Positions 41,388-55,532 of a stretch of 64,000 bases of DNA are shown here, in pieces. This DNA is from Eledone cirrhosa (lineage: Eukaryota). The stretch is taken from contig OZ024741.1 of assembly GCA_964016885.1 (NCBI GenBank), positions 70,246,001 through 70,310,000 of the forward strand, in the 5' to 3' direction. The translations under genes and the position numbers were made by a program. Numbering within the stretch: position 1 is the first letter of the stretch; the number at the start of each line of letters is the position of its first letter. The notes beneath the pieces are model-generated. The model saw only the letters and a program-made list of their open reading frames with translations, ran no database searches and was not told the DNA's origin.

Positions 41388-41936
41388 TATATGATAAAGT
41401 TATATCTGCATAAATACAGAGTATGTAACCGAGATGAGATTGCACAACCTATATAAATATATACACATATATATAATTTGTTGGCATGTAAATATGCCAG
41501 GAAATATGAATTTCCGTATGCAGTCTCGGTTACTAACTCTGTATTTATACAGATATAATTTTATCAAACTTCGGCTGCTAGCACACCTCTTACTATATAG
41601 CTTAATTAATTATCAACACAAGCACTAATGACATGTAGATTAGTATGTCCATTTCAAAATGGCACTAGAAGTGAATGGGTATATACACCCATCAAATACA
41701 CGTTACCTTGTTGTGGATTGGACGATATACACAACTTCTGGTGAGGATTCTATAAAATTCGAAAATAGATTAAAGATGTTTATCATTTTTTCAATTTAAA
41801 GAGAAATTACGTATGTTTACAGGCCTACATAGTAGATATGTGTATATATTTATAAACGTTGGTGCAGTCACGGTTACACATTCTGTATTTATGCAGATAT
41901 AACTTTATCATATACTTCGGCTGCCAGTGTACCTCC

Positions 41937-41940
<4 letters not shown>
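41388..41940 (+). mobile_element. PLE-like element: inverted partial repeat plus two direct repeats and a degenerate HHR
   Basis: 41391-41444 is inverted relative to direct repeats ~41520-41598 and ~41863-41941; CTT-CTGGTGA-GGATT..AATTC-GAAA-ATAGAT-TA-AAG at 41735-41775. Confidence 0.55.
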
Positions 41941-41994
<54 letters not shown>

Positions 41995-41995
<1 letters not shown>

Positions 41996-42273
41996 ACACT
42001 GGAAGGTAATATCCGTAGTGGTAGAGCACTCAGTCCATGGGACGAGTTTGGTAGTTAGTTCACCATACCGAGAACAATTGTTTCACCTCATGCGGATCTT
42101 CAGCTCGTCCGAGCTGAGTATTCCGATGATTTGATCAGACACACACTGTTTAAGGTCGAATGACGCAACTTCGAGTGATTAGCGGCCTTTAGACTCACCT
42201 GATCAATGAAACAATTGTTAATACTGTAAATAAAACACTTTTTGTACAGCCGACCATGTTATTCTTCACTCTT
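41995..42273. mobile_element. Family E arm (-) joined to an arm resembling the 54300-family end (+)
   Basis: 41995-42107 matches 62376-62428 and the reverse complement of 62764-62812; the right end TTGTACAGCCGACCATGTTA resembles 54327-54346. Confidence 0.6.
42069..42107 (-). ncRNA. Minimal type I hammerhead ribozyme (family E)
   Basis: CGAG-CTGAAGA-T-CC..GG-T-GAAAC-AATT-GTT-CTCG. Confidence 0.75.
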
Positions 42274-42299
42274 TATATATATATATATATATATATATA

Positions 42300-42600
42300 G
42301 TAATAATTGTTTCTACTTTTGGCACAAGGCCAGCAATTACCCAGTGCATTACTGGTACTTTATTTTATTGACCCCATAAGGATGAAAGGCAAAGTCAACC
42401 TCGGCGGGATTTGAACTCAGATCGTTAAGGGACGTAACTATCCTGGAAAGCATGGCGTCCGACCCTCTCCCGATACTGCCAATCCACCGCCTTTATATAT
42501 AGTAATAATTGTTTCTACTTTTGGCACAAGGCCAGCAATTAACCCAGTGTATTACTGGTACTTTATTTTATCGACCCCGAAAGGATGAAAGGCAAAGTCA
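42300..42600 (-). mobile_element. Two tandem SINEs (42300-42491 full, 42502-42600 truncated)
   Basis: TAATAATTGTTTCTACTTTTGGCACAAGGCCAGC tail repeated twice with the SINE core. Confidence 0.85.
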
Positions 42601-42621
42601 ATAATGCTTTCTTTATATATA

Positions 42622-42833
42622 TAGTAATAATAATAAATGTGAAGACTAAAATCCAAAGAGGGCTCGATAAGGATAAATATATATCAAATATATAAGAACC
42701 ATAGAGGCAAATATTTATTAAAATAACAGATTAAAGTATATGCAAAGAATCGCTGCTTTCACCCTTAACGGGATCTTTAGAAGAACCCGTTAAAGGTGAA
42801 AGCAGCGATTCTTTGCTTAATCTGTTATTTTAA
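42622..42833. mobile_element. PLE-like family B fold-back with tail
   Basis: Same arms and tail as 4339-4535. Confidence 0.7.
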
Positions 42834-43249
42834 TATATATATATATATATGATCTCTGTGTGTGATATACGTAGTTATGATGATGAAATAAATCCTTATC
42901 GAAACGTTAAATTCAACTTCATCTCATGTCATACCTCTTCTTTTCTATTCTATATCTCATTGAACATAAAGCCAGTAAAGTATAGCTGGTTTGACACTAA
43001 TAATTCACACACTCCAAGAAGAAGAAATACCACAAAGTATTCGAATGGGCAACAAAAGTAACGATCCATTGTTTGTCATTGAATCCAGGTGGCATTTATT
43101 TTTTTTTTCCTTTTTGAAAATCAGATTAATTTCAGGAAGTTTACGTAGTTTATGCAAATAATTCAATTTTAAGCTTTAAGCAACGTACAATCATATAACA
43201 CACACATATCCAGAAGTTGGAATATGTTACTGTGTCAGTGTGTGTATGA

Positions 43250-44340
43250 AACACATACATACTCAACACACGCTCACACACAAAACACATACATATTCAA
43301 CACACACTCACACACAAAACACATACATATTCAACACACGCTCACACACAAAACACATACATATTCAACACACGCTCACACACAAAACACATACATATTC
43401 AACACACCCTCACACACAAAACACATACATATTCAACACACACTCACACACAAAACACATACATACTCAACATACACTCACACACAAAACACATACATAT
43501 TCAACACACACTCACACACAAAACACATACATATTCAACACACGCTCACACACAAAACACATACATATTCAACACACGCTCACACACAAAACACATACAT
43601 ATTCAACACACACTCACACACAAAACACATACATATTCAACACACACTCACACACAAAACACATACATATTCAACACACGCTCACACACAAAACACATAC
43701 ATATTCAACACACGCTCACACACAAAACACATACATATTCAACACACACTCACACACAAAACACATACATATTCAACACACACTCACACACAAAACACAT
43801 ACATACTCAACACACACTCACACACAAAACACATACATATTCAACACACACTCACACACAAAACACATACATATTCAACACACACTCACACACAAAACAC
43901 ATACATACTCAACACACACTCACACACAAAACACATACATATTCAACACACGCTCACACACAAAACACATACATATTCAACACACGCTCACACACAAAAC
44001 ACATACATGTTCAACACACACTCACACACAAAACACATACATATTCAACACACACTCACACACAAAACACATACATATTCAACACACGCTCACACACAAA
44101 ACACATACATATTCAACACACGCTCACACACAAAACACATACATATTCAACACACACTCACACACAAAACACATACATATTCAACACACACTCACACACA
44201 AAACACATACATACTCAACACACACTCACACACAAAACACATACATATTCAACATACACTCACACACAAAACACATACATACTCAATACACACTCACACA
44301 CAAAACACACATATACTCAACAGATACTCACACACAAGAT
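43250..44340. repeat. 34-bp minisatellite, ~32 copies
   Basis: Unit CTCACACACAAAACACATACATATTCAACACAC(A/G); period 34 (43273 to 43307). Confidence 0.92.
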
Positions 44341-44468
44341 ACAGATATACTCAATACACACTTGCACACCCAACACACATATATACTTAACACACATTTA
44401 AATACACATTAAATATAAAAACACCCAGCCACATACTGATATAATTGTATACACACGCACAAACAAAC

Positions 44469-44499
<31 letters not shown>

Positions 44500-44639
44500 A
44501 ACACACACACACAAACACACAAACACACACAAAGACACACACACAAACACACAGGCAAACACACACACACACTCACACACGCAGACACCCACCCACACAC
44601 CCACACACCCACACACACACACAAACACACAAACACACA

Positions 44640-44706
<67 letters not shown>

Positions 44707-45032
44707 TCATATATACATACCCATACACTCGCAGGCAGGAGCGCGCACACACAAACATACATATACAACTCATTCCTTATAATAATATTCAGAATTATTG
44801 TGTGTGGAAAAGATATAGATACATACACCAACACGTACACATACATAGGTTTCTGTGTATATATGTGTATATGTGTATTTATGTAAATGTGTATATATTC
44901 TTACAGGTATGTGTATTAATATGTGCGCATTTTGGAGAAGACATGTTTGTATGTGTGTGTATGTAAATGTTAGTATTGCGTTATATATGTTAATAATGTG
45001 CGTGTGTGTGTGTATGTGTGTGTGTATGTAAA

Positions 45033-45580
45033 TGGTCGTTGGCGACTAAACTGGCAACCCTACCAAGGTTTCTTGGTGAGGAGGGTGACTTTGGACATCC
45101 TGCAGGACTAAAAACAAAACCTGTCAAAGGGCAAAGGAGCTCTTAAGAGTCAATGGCCATCCAAAATCACCGGGAGAGATGACCCCTTAGCCTTTGTCAA
45201 GGCAGAATTCTAGGAGAAGGAAAACTCTAATATAACACCTGCAACCCTGATGGTATCCAATGATGTTGACTTGTTCTTCTTTTTGGTAAATATCATCTTG
45301 GTTAAGAGAGTGGGACTGGCTTTGTGCAGTGCCTTTGCTCACTATAAAAGCTTCACGGCACAGGCATTGCTTTATATCTGGAGATCTCTCTGCACTTGTC
45401 GTCACATGGTACCATGGGCCCAGCACTATGTGTCAATAATTGTCACAAGTGTAGCGTTTGTACCTACCAGAGTTTTCAAGTCCCTGGCTGGACTAAAAAG
45501 TCACACTCGTTCAGCGCATCGGTAGGGGTTCTCCTACATATAAAGTAGTGGCCGTACTCGAAAACGAGTTGGCAGCCACC
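45033..45580 (+). mobile_element. Probable RTE-like LINE 5' UTR fragment
   Basis: CTAGGAGAAGGAAAACTCT segment recalls RTE 5' UTRs; bounded by ATGTAA(A/G)TG direct repeats (possible TSD). Confidence 0.4.
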
Positions 45581-45611
45581 ATGTAAGTGTTAGTATTGCG
45601 TTATATATGTT

Positions 45612-45800
45612 AATAATTGTTTCTACTTTTTGGCACAAGGTCAATAATTAGCCAGTACATTACTGGTACTTTATTTTATCGACTCGGTAAGGATGAAAGG
45701 CAAAGTTAACCTCGGCGAGAGTTGAACTCAGAGCATAAAGGGCCGTAACTCTTTGCTGCAAAGCATGGCGTCCGACCCTCTACCGATACTGCCAATCCAC
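45612..45800 (-). mobile_element. SINE
   Basis: Full reverse-strand copy ending CCGATACTGCCAATCCAC. Confidence 0.85.
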
Positions 45801-45818
45801 AATAACGTGTGTGTGTGT

Positions 45819-45962
<144 letters not shown>

Positions 45963-46857
45963 GTTAGTATTGCGTTGTATATGTTAATAATGTGCGTGTG
46001 TGTGCGATTTTTAATAATAAAATCCACATAATGATTTGTATGTGTGTCAGTAGTGTTTCAGTAGAAATATGTGTGTGTCCGTGAGCATATGTGAGTGTCT
46101 GTGTATCAATGTGTGTGTATGTATGTATGTGTATATATGTATGTATGCATGTATGTATGTATGTATGAATGTGTATGTATGTGTGAGTGTGTGCGTAAAT
46201 GTGCATATGTGAGTGTCTGTGTATCAATGTGTATGTGTGTGTGTGTTTTAGAGTGTATGAGTGTGTATGTGCATATGAGAGAGTGTGCAGGTGTGTGTAT
46301 GTGTGTGTGTTTGTATGAGTGTATGTGTGTGTGTGTGTGTGTGCGTGCAGGTAAGAGAGAGTGTGCAGGTGTGTGTATGTGTGTGTGTGTTTGTATGAGT
46401 TATGTGTTCGCGTATGAGTGAGTGTGCAGGTGTGTGTATGTGTATGTTTGTATTAGTGTATGTGAGTGTGTTTGTATTAGTGTATGTGTGTGTGTGTATG
46501 AGAGAGTGTGCAGGTGTGTGTATGTGAGAGAGTGTGACTTTCTTGATGTCATATTTCTCAACATTAGCAGCTCACACACGATGAGACAGCGATGTTTCAG
46601 ATTAAAACATGACTTTAGCCGAAAGCTGATTAACGACCGACTACTTGTAAGCCGATTAGAACCATCTGAAAAGTCCCTTTACCTGAGTTTTTGATTCCAG
46701 GTTACTCGGTACAAACAAATTCAGTTCTGCTGACTGGTTTCCATTCCAAATGTAGAACGCAGAATATAAAGTGCGCCCGCTTCTTTCGCGGTCAATTGGT
46801 TCTTTAAAAAAAAAAAAATTACCTATGTTCAAGACATTTATAGATATATATATATGT

Positions 46858-46922
<65 letters not shown>

Positions 46923-47004
46923 TGAGTGATTGTCCCCCAGCATGGCCTTCACCGTGATGTGATGACTAAACCAAACCAAACGACACACACACACTCACAC
47001 ATAA

Positions 47005-47195
47005 ATAATAACTGTTTCTACTTTTGGCACAAGGCCAGCAATTATCCCAGTGTATTACTGGTACTTTATTTTATCGACTCCTTAAGGATGAAAGGCAAAG
47101 TTAACCTCGGCGGGTTTTGAACTCAGTCCGTAAAGGGACGTAACTGTGCTGCAAAGCATGGCGTCCGACCCTCTACCGATACTGCCAATCCACCG
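47005..47195 (-). mobile_element. SINE
   Basis: Full reverse-strand copy. Confidence 0.85.
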
Positions 47196-47523
47196 CATAA
47201 ATAATAACGTGAGCCCGCATCATGCGCAGTCAGTTGTTTCATTAAAAAAACACATATGTTCAAGAATTTTATATACATATATATATATACATATCTGTGT
47301 GTGTACTCCAGCATGGTCTTCACCGTGATGTGATGATTAAAACTGAATAAAGAACATCGCGCTCCATCATCCACTTTTCTAAAAAAACAAATCATACACA
47401 AAACGCCAGCACCAACAGTTTTGCAAGAGATGTCAACATGAATGGACCTGTTATTTTTATCTAAAGACATTTTTTCCAATTCCAACCCGCCCGGCCCCTC
47501 AATTTATCTTATTTCTCATTCTT

Positions 47524-47559
47524 TCTTATGATGAAGGACTAGCGTCCGAAACGTTAAGA
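47524..47559 (+). ncRNA. Degenerate minimal hammerhead (PLE pLTR remnant)
   Basis: TCTT-ATGATGA-A-GGAC-TAGC-GTCC-GAAACGTT-AAGA; C3 is mutated; a related copy lies at 57011-57046. Confidence 0.55.
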
Positions 47560-47644
47560 CCCTCTTCCTGCTATATCAAGCGTTAACTTAATATATCCCT
47601 TCCATATATTGTACCGATTGTGTTGTTATTTCTGTTTACCTTTT

Positions 47645-47698
<54 letters not shown>

Positions 47699-49239
47699 TG
47701 TGCCTGCGTACTAGGCAGTCAATTGGTTCCCCAAACTCCACGCGTTATTAAAAATCCCACATAGGTTCAAGATCCTCATATAAAAATGTCTTTTTACATT
47801 GATGTTTTCGAGGAAAAAATAACGCCAGGTTCTCTGAGTGTTCAGAAAACTTACGAAAAGAATGATAACGGTAGAGGTCGGAGATTTTTCCTCGGATTAA
47901 GTGATGCAGTTTAACGTGGAACGGGACGTTAAAGGTTTTTCTATATAGCACCTATCATTATGCTCTCCCATCACCACTACATTGTTATATAAATACAGTA
48001 ACTGAAGAAGTGAAGATTCGGCAATTAATGATAGAAAAGTAGAATAAGTCGGGAGGAGTCTGAATAAAATGGTATGAGATAGAGGATATAATAATTGGTT
48101 CTTTAAAGTGATGTTCTGGAATCCATTGGGGCACAAGAAGACTTCATACATGCATATGTAGTCATACAAAGCGTCATAAGCCGAGTAGTCTCTTGTTGCT
48201 GCCAAGAGCGAAATTTGAGCTCTACCCCCTGAAATTCTAACGAATCGCTTGTTAATTATATATAGTGCTTCAGCCTCTTACAGCAATGAAACGTACATCC
48301 AGATAGTATCCTTGCTTTTTGCATATAAACTTGGCTATTGAGAATTATGCATCTTTACGAAAGAAACAGCGTATCACCGTTGATTCGTTACGAATTGTCG
48401 AACACTCAACTTGTACACCAGTATTACATCGATTCCACCAGTTATTGATCAGCTGTTCTGTGGAAGTGGAAATATTTAATAGAGTATTTAGAGTTGCCTT
48501 TTGGAGCGCTGCATAATAATGATGGTAAGAAAATCCAGTTGTTCAGTAGTTTACAGGAACATAAGCCATTTACAGGAACATAAGCTGTTTAATGCTGATG
48601 TATATACGGACCCGAAACTTCCGATGAATTCATAGAGACACTGTTTTGGTATACTTTATGTCTTGGGTACTTTAAACCTGCCGTGTGAACATAGTCGATT
48701 TATTCTAGAGAAGGACTAGAGAAGGAGAGAGAGAGGGGGGATGGAACGGGGCGAGACAGAATTGACTCCAGTACTGGCTACATATAGATTATGCCTGAAT
48801 GTGCCAAGTTAAGCAAGGGGGAAGGTGGTAGCTGTATAGATTATATATATGGTTAAGATCAATATACAAACCAATAGCATGACATTATTTACAAAGATTA
48901 TTTAACCATGACAGCCTACCCCATGCGAATATGGCCATACATAAACAAGAACCCAGTAAAACAAGTTTTAAAAGGCCCCATATGGAGTAGTTGAACAACA
49001 TCAAAGAAAGAACAAGGGAAAATATTGGGGAAAATATGAGGTTAGCTAATGACTGGTAAAGATATGAGGTGAAATTGTGTCAATCACTGTGCACCTATTA
49101 ATTCTCTGTCTTGTGGATTTCAATGATTGTACAGAAAAATTGCGAAAGATAAAATTAAATCTATGATTGATAGATTGTGGCTCAAAGAAAAGTTATTAGC
49201 ATGTGATTGGAAACTACCGATCCAAGAAAACGAGCAATA

Positions 49240-49605
49240 AGATAATTGTTTCTACTTTTGGCACAAGGCCAGCAATTACCCAGTACATTACTAGTACTTT
49301 ATTTTATCGACCCCGTAAGAATGAAAGGCAAAACTAACCTCGACGGAATTTGAACTCAGACAGTAATGGGACTTCACTATGCTAGAAAGCATGGCGTCCA
49401 ACCCTTTACCGAATAAGATAATTGTTTCTACTTTTGGCACAAGGCCAGCAATTACCCAGTACATTACTGGTACTTTATTTTATCGACCCCGTAAGGATGA
49501 AAGGCAAAGTTGACCTCGGTGGGATTTGAACTCAGAATGGAAAGGGCCGTAACTCTATGCGTCAAAGCATGACGTCCGACCCTCTACCGATATTGCCAAT
49601 CCACC
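49240..49605 (-). mobile_element. Two tandem SINEs
   Basis: AATAAGATAATTGTTTCTACTTTTGGCAC at ~49236 and ~49412, each followed by the SINE core. Confidence 0.85.
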
Positions 49606-50494
49606 AATGTTATCATATCATATATGATCAAAGACTTTGCACATGTCAAATGCAATAACATTGTTTTCGCCGAAGTGCTAAAACATAAAAGATCATTAGT
49701 GCATGACGTAGGCAGAGCCAGCAACAGGGTATTCAACCCCATAGGTCAGCCTACCATGTTCCAGTTATGACTGATTGCAGCCAGATTTTACTGTCCTAGG
49801 CAATCGTCTAGTTTACTTTAGTGATGAGCTGGATGTAGGAGAGCAAATATTTTGCATATTAAATCTAAGTAAACTGTACCACTGATTACTATGGAGAGAA
49901 AGAAATTCGAAATGATGAATGGGAAGGTGTTTCCGGTTGTTTAAATCACATTTTGAAGTTATTGATAGAGAGGACAAAAGAATAATCTTCAGTTGAAAGT
50001 GTTTACGTCTCTTTCTTCAACTATTACGAGTTGATATTAAGGTGTAAGTATTTGGCTGTATCCATTAAAAAAATATTATTTCTACTTGTATTTTCTACTT
50101 TCGTTGAATTTATCCAACATAGATTTTATTTTAACAAGTGATGCCATTTCGTTTCACATATAACCGCTGCGGTGTCCTCGGGGAAAAGCTAATCAGAAAT
50201 CAGCAACAAATATTACATAAACCGTATGGTGTACCCACAAAAATGTAACTTGAACCAGGATGTTCGCAATAACATATAAACCATCTGTAAAGATCATAGC
50301 GTGGCACTTAATAACGGAAGTCACACAACAGCAAAGTAAAATAATATACTCGACCAGGTTTCAGAAAACGTCTTAAAATTGAATTAAATTTGCTCTCGTG
50401 TCGGTGTGTCATTTATGGTTTAACTATTGAATACATCAATGGCATTTGCATTTGCTTGGATACCTTATCTCTCTCCCCTCCTCTCCCTCTTTCT

Positions 50495-50544
<50 letters not shown>

Positions 50545-50867
50545 TGTGTGTGTATGTATGTATATATATGTGTGTGTGCATGTATGTATGTGTGTGCGAT
50601 GTGTGTGAAATTAGACACCCCAATTGACTCTCCTCCTCATTATTATGTCTCTTTCTCTCTCTCTCTCACCCTCTTTTCTTCATAATCCTCAATCAGAAAT
50701 GAATTTAATCATCTGGTCATGGAACAGCAAAACCACAACGCCATAATCTGTAAACCATTTGTCAGCAGACATTCCCGAAAAGATCACTTCCGATTGCAAT
50801 TTTAAAAAAAGAAAAAAAGGTTCTGCAGCAGAAACGCTTCCACCCATCCACCCATCTATCTATCTAT

Positions 50868-50898
50868 TTTCTTATGCGCCCTTGTGGCAAATAAAGAA

Positions 50899-50900
<2 letters not shown>
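50868..50900 (+). mobile_element. Extreme 3' end of the Tx1-like LINE family within (TATC)n
   Basis: GTGGCAAATAAAGAAATCTATC resembles the 3' end GTGGCTAATAAAGAAACATATCTATC of the 21087 element. Confidence 0.5.
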
Positions 50901-51234
<334 letters not shown>

Positions 51235-51543
51235 ATATGTATATATATATATATATATATTTCGTTTCTGAATTTGTTTAGCAAGATTCTTTATCTGAAA
51301 ACCTGTGTTGAAACCGATATTGTTATACTTTGGGAGGGTCATGTTGCCAATAAGAAGCACACGCACCAGTTGCTTTCACTTCAATTTATTATAATAAATT
51401 TATAAATTTAGGTATTTATAAATTTCCGGTTGGTTGGTTGGTTGGTTCCACAACCAGATGATTGTTTATATATCGTCAAAGTTCTTTCGTCACACATTCT
51501 GTGACCTCTTCAGTGACTGGGGATTCTTTTCTTTGTTTTTGTG

Positions 51544-51776
51544 GGATAAATGAACACTGGCGAGACCTTCAAGATAGTAAAGAATCATCTGTACTCTACC
51601 AACATGCTAAAATAGAACATAAGGGTAAATTAGAGAACATAGAAATAAAAATAGAATCTACACACAGAAAAGACGCAATGTTTAGACAAATCACAGAGGC
51701 AATATACATAAATGAACTCCAACCAAAATTAAATAGAAAACAGGAGTGGAACAGCAACATCACAACTTATAATTAA
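51544..51776 (+). pseudogene. PLE GIY-YIG endonuclease C-terminal fragment
   Basis: INEH..SSVLYQHAKIEH..RQITEAIYINELQPKLNRKQEW matches the EH / H-x4-H / R-x3-EA-x2-I / P-x-LN signature of PLE endonucleases. Confidence 0.85.
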
Positions 51777-51977
51777 GGACAAAATGAAAACACACACGCA
51801 CATAGAACAATCAACCAACCAGTAACATGTAAATAAACAAATAAATAAACGAATATAAACACACACAGACACCCGGATGTAACACATGCGCAAACTAAGC
51901 ACACAACACATACACAAAAACAAGATGGCGTAGGACAGAACAAAGGAGAGGCACAAAAACAAAGAAAAGAATCCCCA

Positions 51978-52020
51978 GTCACTGAAGAGGTCACAGAATG
52001 TGTGACGAAAGAACTTTGAC
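51978..52020 (+). ncRNA. Type I hammerhead in pLTR (mirror copy 51475-51517 on -)
   Basis: GTCA-CTGAAGA-G-GTCAC-AGAATGT-GTGAC-GAAA-GAAC-TT-TGAC. Confidence 0.8.
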
Positions 52021-52166
52021 AATATATAAAGAATCATCTGGTTGTGGAACCAACCAACCAACCGGAAATTTATAAATTCCTAAATTTATAAATTTATTAT
52101 AATAAATTGAAGTGAAAGCTACTGGTGCGTGTGTTTCTTATTGGCAACATGACCCTCCCAAAGTAT

Positions 52167-52235
<69 letters not shown>

Positions 52236-52240
<5 letters not shown>

Positions 52241-53384
52241 TATGAAGAGAGAAGAAACATTTAGATATAATTAGTAATAAAATGTATCATACCTAAACTG
52301 CTCCTAAATTCCTCGACTACGTAGTTTCGTGGCATAAACAAAAACAATATATCATAAAGATATAGAGTCCCTGCGAGGTCTGCCGACTTATCAAGAGGAT
52401 ACCTCATTTTACTAGTCTCAAGAACGCGTCTACACGACGTGAGAAAGAATCCCAAAAGGCGGAGGGGGAGATAGTCACGCGATATAACGGTCGAGAAACA
52501 GAGCTAAGCCTCTTATAACCTCGAAGAAAATACCACGGAGGCGGAGGGGGTATTTATATCGAGGCCGCAGAAGAGGTGGTGAAGAAGGCGAGAAGTTATA
52601 TCTAAATGTTTCTTCTCTCTTCATAATGTATTTTTAACTCTGATACTGGTTCAGTCTAGTTCAACTGAATTGGTCTGTCCCAGTCATTCATTGAGCAACA
52701 TCGGTGAAGTTGGCACCCTTAACTCACAGTTGGGTGCGGATGCATTCATGTATATATGTGTGTGTCCGCATGTATCTGTGTGTTTCTAAATATATTGTTA
52801 ATAACTCCCTCTGGTCGAGCAATCTTTGAAGTGTGGGGACAGCTGGAAAGCTTCCATTACTCATACTTCTCGCCTTCTTCACCACCTCTTCTGCGGCCTC
52901 GATATAAATACCCCCTCCGCCTCCGTGGTATTTTCTTCGAGGTTATAAGAGGCTTAGCTCTGTTTCTCGACCGTTATATCGCGTGACTATCTCCCCCTCC
53001 GCCTTTTGGGATTCTTTCTCACGTCGTGTAGACGCGTTCTTGAGACTAGTAAAATGAGGTATCCTCTTGATAAGTCGGCAGACCTCGCAGGGACTCTATA
53101 TCTTTATGATATATTGTTTTTGTTTATGCCACGAAACTACGTAGTCGAGGAATTTAGGAGCAGTTTAGGTATGATACATTTTATTACTAATTATATCTAA
53201 ATGTTTCTTCTCTCTTCATAATGTATTTTTAACTCTGATACTGGTTCAGTCTAGTTCAACTGAATTGGTCTGTCCCAGTCATTCATTGAGCAACATCGGT
53301 GAAGTTGGCACCCTTAACTCACAGTTGGGTGCGGATGCATTCATGTATATATGTGTGTGTCCGCATGTATCTGTGTGTTTCTAA

Positions 53385-53390
<6 letters not shown>
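52236..53390. mobile_element. HHR element with ~595-bp period: inverted arm plus 1.3-unit direct arm
   Basis: 52236-52596 is the reverse complement of 52865-53225; 52596-52796 repeats at 53191-53390; near-identical copies; (TA)n on both sides. Confidence 0.85.
53062..53151 (+). ncRNA. Type I hammerhead with U3-A8 core (mirror copy 52310-52399 on -)
   Basis: TCCTC-TTGATAA-GTCGGCA...TGCCAC-GAAAC-TACGTA-GTC-GAGGA; palindromic stem III ACTACGTAGT. Confidence 0.75.
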
Positions 53391-53454
<64 letters not shown>

Positions 53455-53862
53455 AATATATATATATACATACAAACATATATATATGTATATATATATT
53501 AGAAAAGAGAAGTAAGGTTCTATAGAAAACAGTGGATATAGAGAAAAGGTGAAGTTGGAAATAGCACGGAAAATATATTTTAGGCTCTGTTTTTTTTTTT
53601 TTCAAAGTGACATTATTGAAAAGAAGATATTGAAAAAATGAAAGGGACAGTTCTTTTAAAAAAAGGTTTTATAATGTATATTATGTATATAAAGTATATA
53701 AAGTATTACCGGTTTCGATGTATTATTAAAATTCATCTTATCAAATGTTGAGTATTACAATTAAAAAGAATTAATAGGAATTAAAAACTAAAAATTAAAG
53801 ATTTAAAATTAAGTATTGGAGTAAGTTTTTCCCCATTTGCCTTGCTCAGAAGTGGACTGAGC

Positions 53863-54409
<547 letters not shown>

Positions 54410-54410
<1 letters not shown>

Positions 54411-54605
54411 AAATGTGTCAGCACCCCGACGTCTGAGCTTCGGCCGTTTCGACAGCTAGATCCGAACTGATCTAGCTGTCGAAACGGCCGGAGCTCAGCC
54501 GTCGATCGGTGTCCTGACTCTTTTCATATTACCCACTCTACTACCCTAAGTATCAAGTACTCTGGTGCGTTTTGGTCCACCTGTTATCTTACAAATCCTT
54601 CTTTG
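54410..54605 (+). mobile_element. PLE-like family A fold-back, opposite orientation
   Basis: GGCCGTTTCGACAGCTAGATC / GATCTAGCTGTCGAAACGGCC, then CCCACTCTACTACCCTAAGTAT tail. Confidence 0.7.
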
Positions 54606-54620
54606 ATATATATATATATA

Positions 54621-54660
54621 CTAGCAGAAAAACCACCCTTTCGGTGGTTTCCTGCTAGTA
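54621..54660. mobile_element. Helitron-like 3' terminus (palindromic)
   Basis: ACTAGCAG-AAAAACCACC-CTTTC-GGTGGTTT-CCTGCTAGT: hairpin with CTAG on both strands. Confidence 0.35.
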
Positions 54661-54969
54661 TGTGTAGTGTGCATATTGATATTATACGCAATATAAACGT
54701 TATGATATAACGATGCAAATATATGAACGTTATAATATAGCGTCTGTTATATCATAACCGGAAGTATTACATTTGAAAATTTTAAAAGAATTGAATCTTA
54801 AAATAGATAAGAATATTTATGTTTAATCAACAGCTACGGAATTGAGTTCATAAATTATGTAATATTCATTCATTATTTATTCAAAATAATCCAACTTATT
54901 TTATTAACGGGATAAAAATATATACCCACACTCCTCACTATATCATATTATGATATATATATATATATA

Positions 54970-55466
54970 AATGTATGTATAGTATATTTGACAATATACT
55001 GTATGTTTAATTAGAAACATTTAGAAGACCATACGCTATCAGTTTTAAAGTAGTGACTATGTCAGCTACTTCTTTTCGGTGAAAGAAGGGAGAGAAGCTG
55101 ACAGTCTGTTTCACGCTGGTTGGCGTTCATCAGAGCAACGTCCTCCCTTGTTTTCGCTGAACATTATAGAAGCTGGAATCTTATAGAATTCCAGTAATAA
55201 TCAGCAGCTGATTATACAGAGCGATTGCCGGTCCAGCAAAAATTAGGTATTAGGATTGGTGCTCTGAAATAGCGATGTATACATGAATGTATGTATAGTA
55301 TATTTGGCAATATACCATATGTTTAATTAAAAACATTTAGAAGACCATACGCTATCAGTTTTAAAGTAGTGACTATGTCACTTACTTCTTTTCGGCGAAA
55401 GAAAGGAGAGAAGCTGACAGTCTGTTTCACGCTGGTTGGCGATAATCAGAGCCACGTGCTCCCCTA

Positions 55467-55468
<2 letters not shown>
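54970..55468 (-). mobile_element. Family D retrozyme-like partial dimer (period 316 bp)
   Basis: Direct repeat with HHRs at 55097-55136 (intact) and 55413-55452 (CTGATTA); (TA)n flanks. Confidence 0.8.
55097..55136 (-). ncRNA. Minimal type I hammerhead ribozyme (family D)
   Basis: GCT-CTGATGA-ACGC-CAACCA-GCGT-GAAAC-AGACT-GTC-AGC. Confidence 0.8.

Positions 55469-55532
<64 letters not shown>

Larger units (their letters stand above)
51260..52174 (+). mobile_element. Penelope-like element 3' fragment with inverted pLTR
   Basis: Inverted arms 51317-51543 and 51952-52174, each with an HHR, enclosing a GIY-YIG C-terminal coding piece and UTR; flanked by (TA)n. Confidence 0.88.

Noticed and set aside
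43224-44412. 388-aa and 390-aa His/Thr-rich ORFs
   Set aside because: Translations of a stop-free 34-bp minisatellite, open in several frames.
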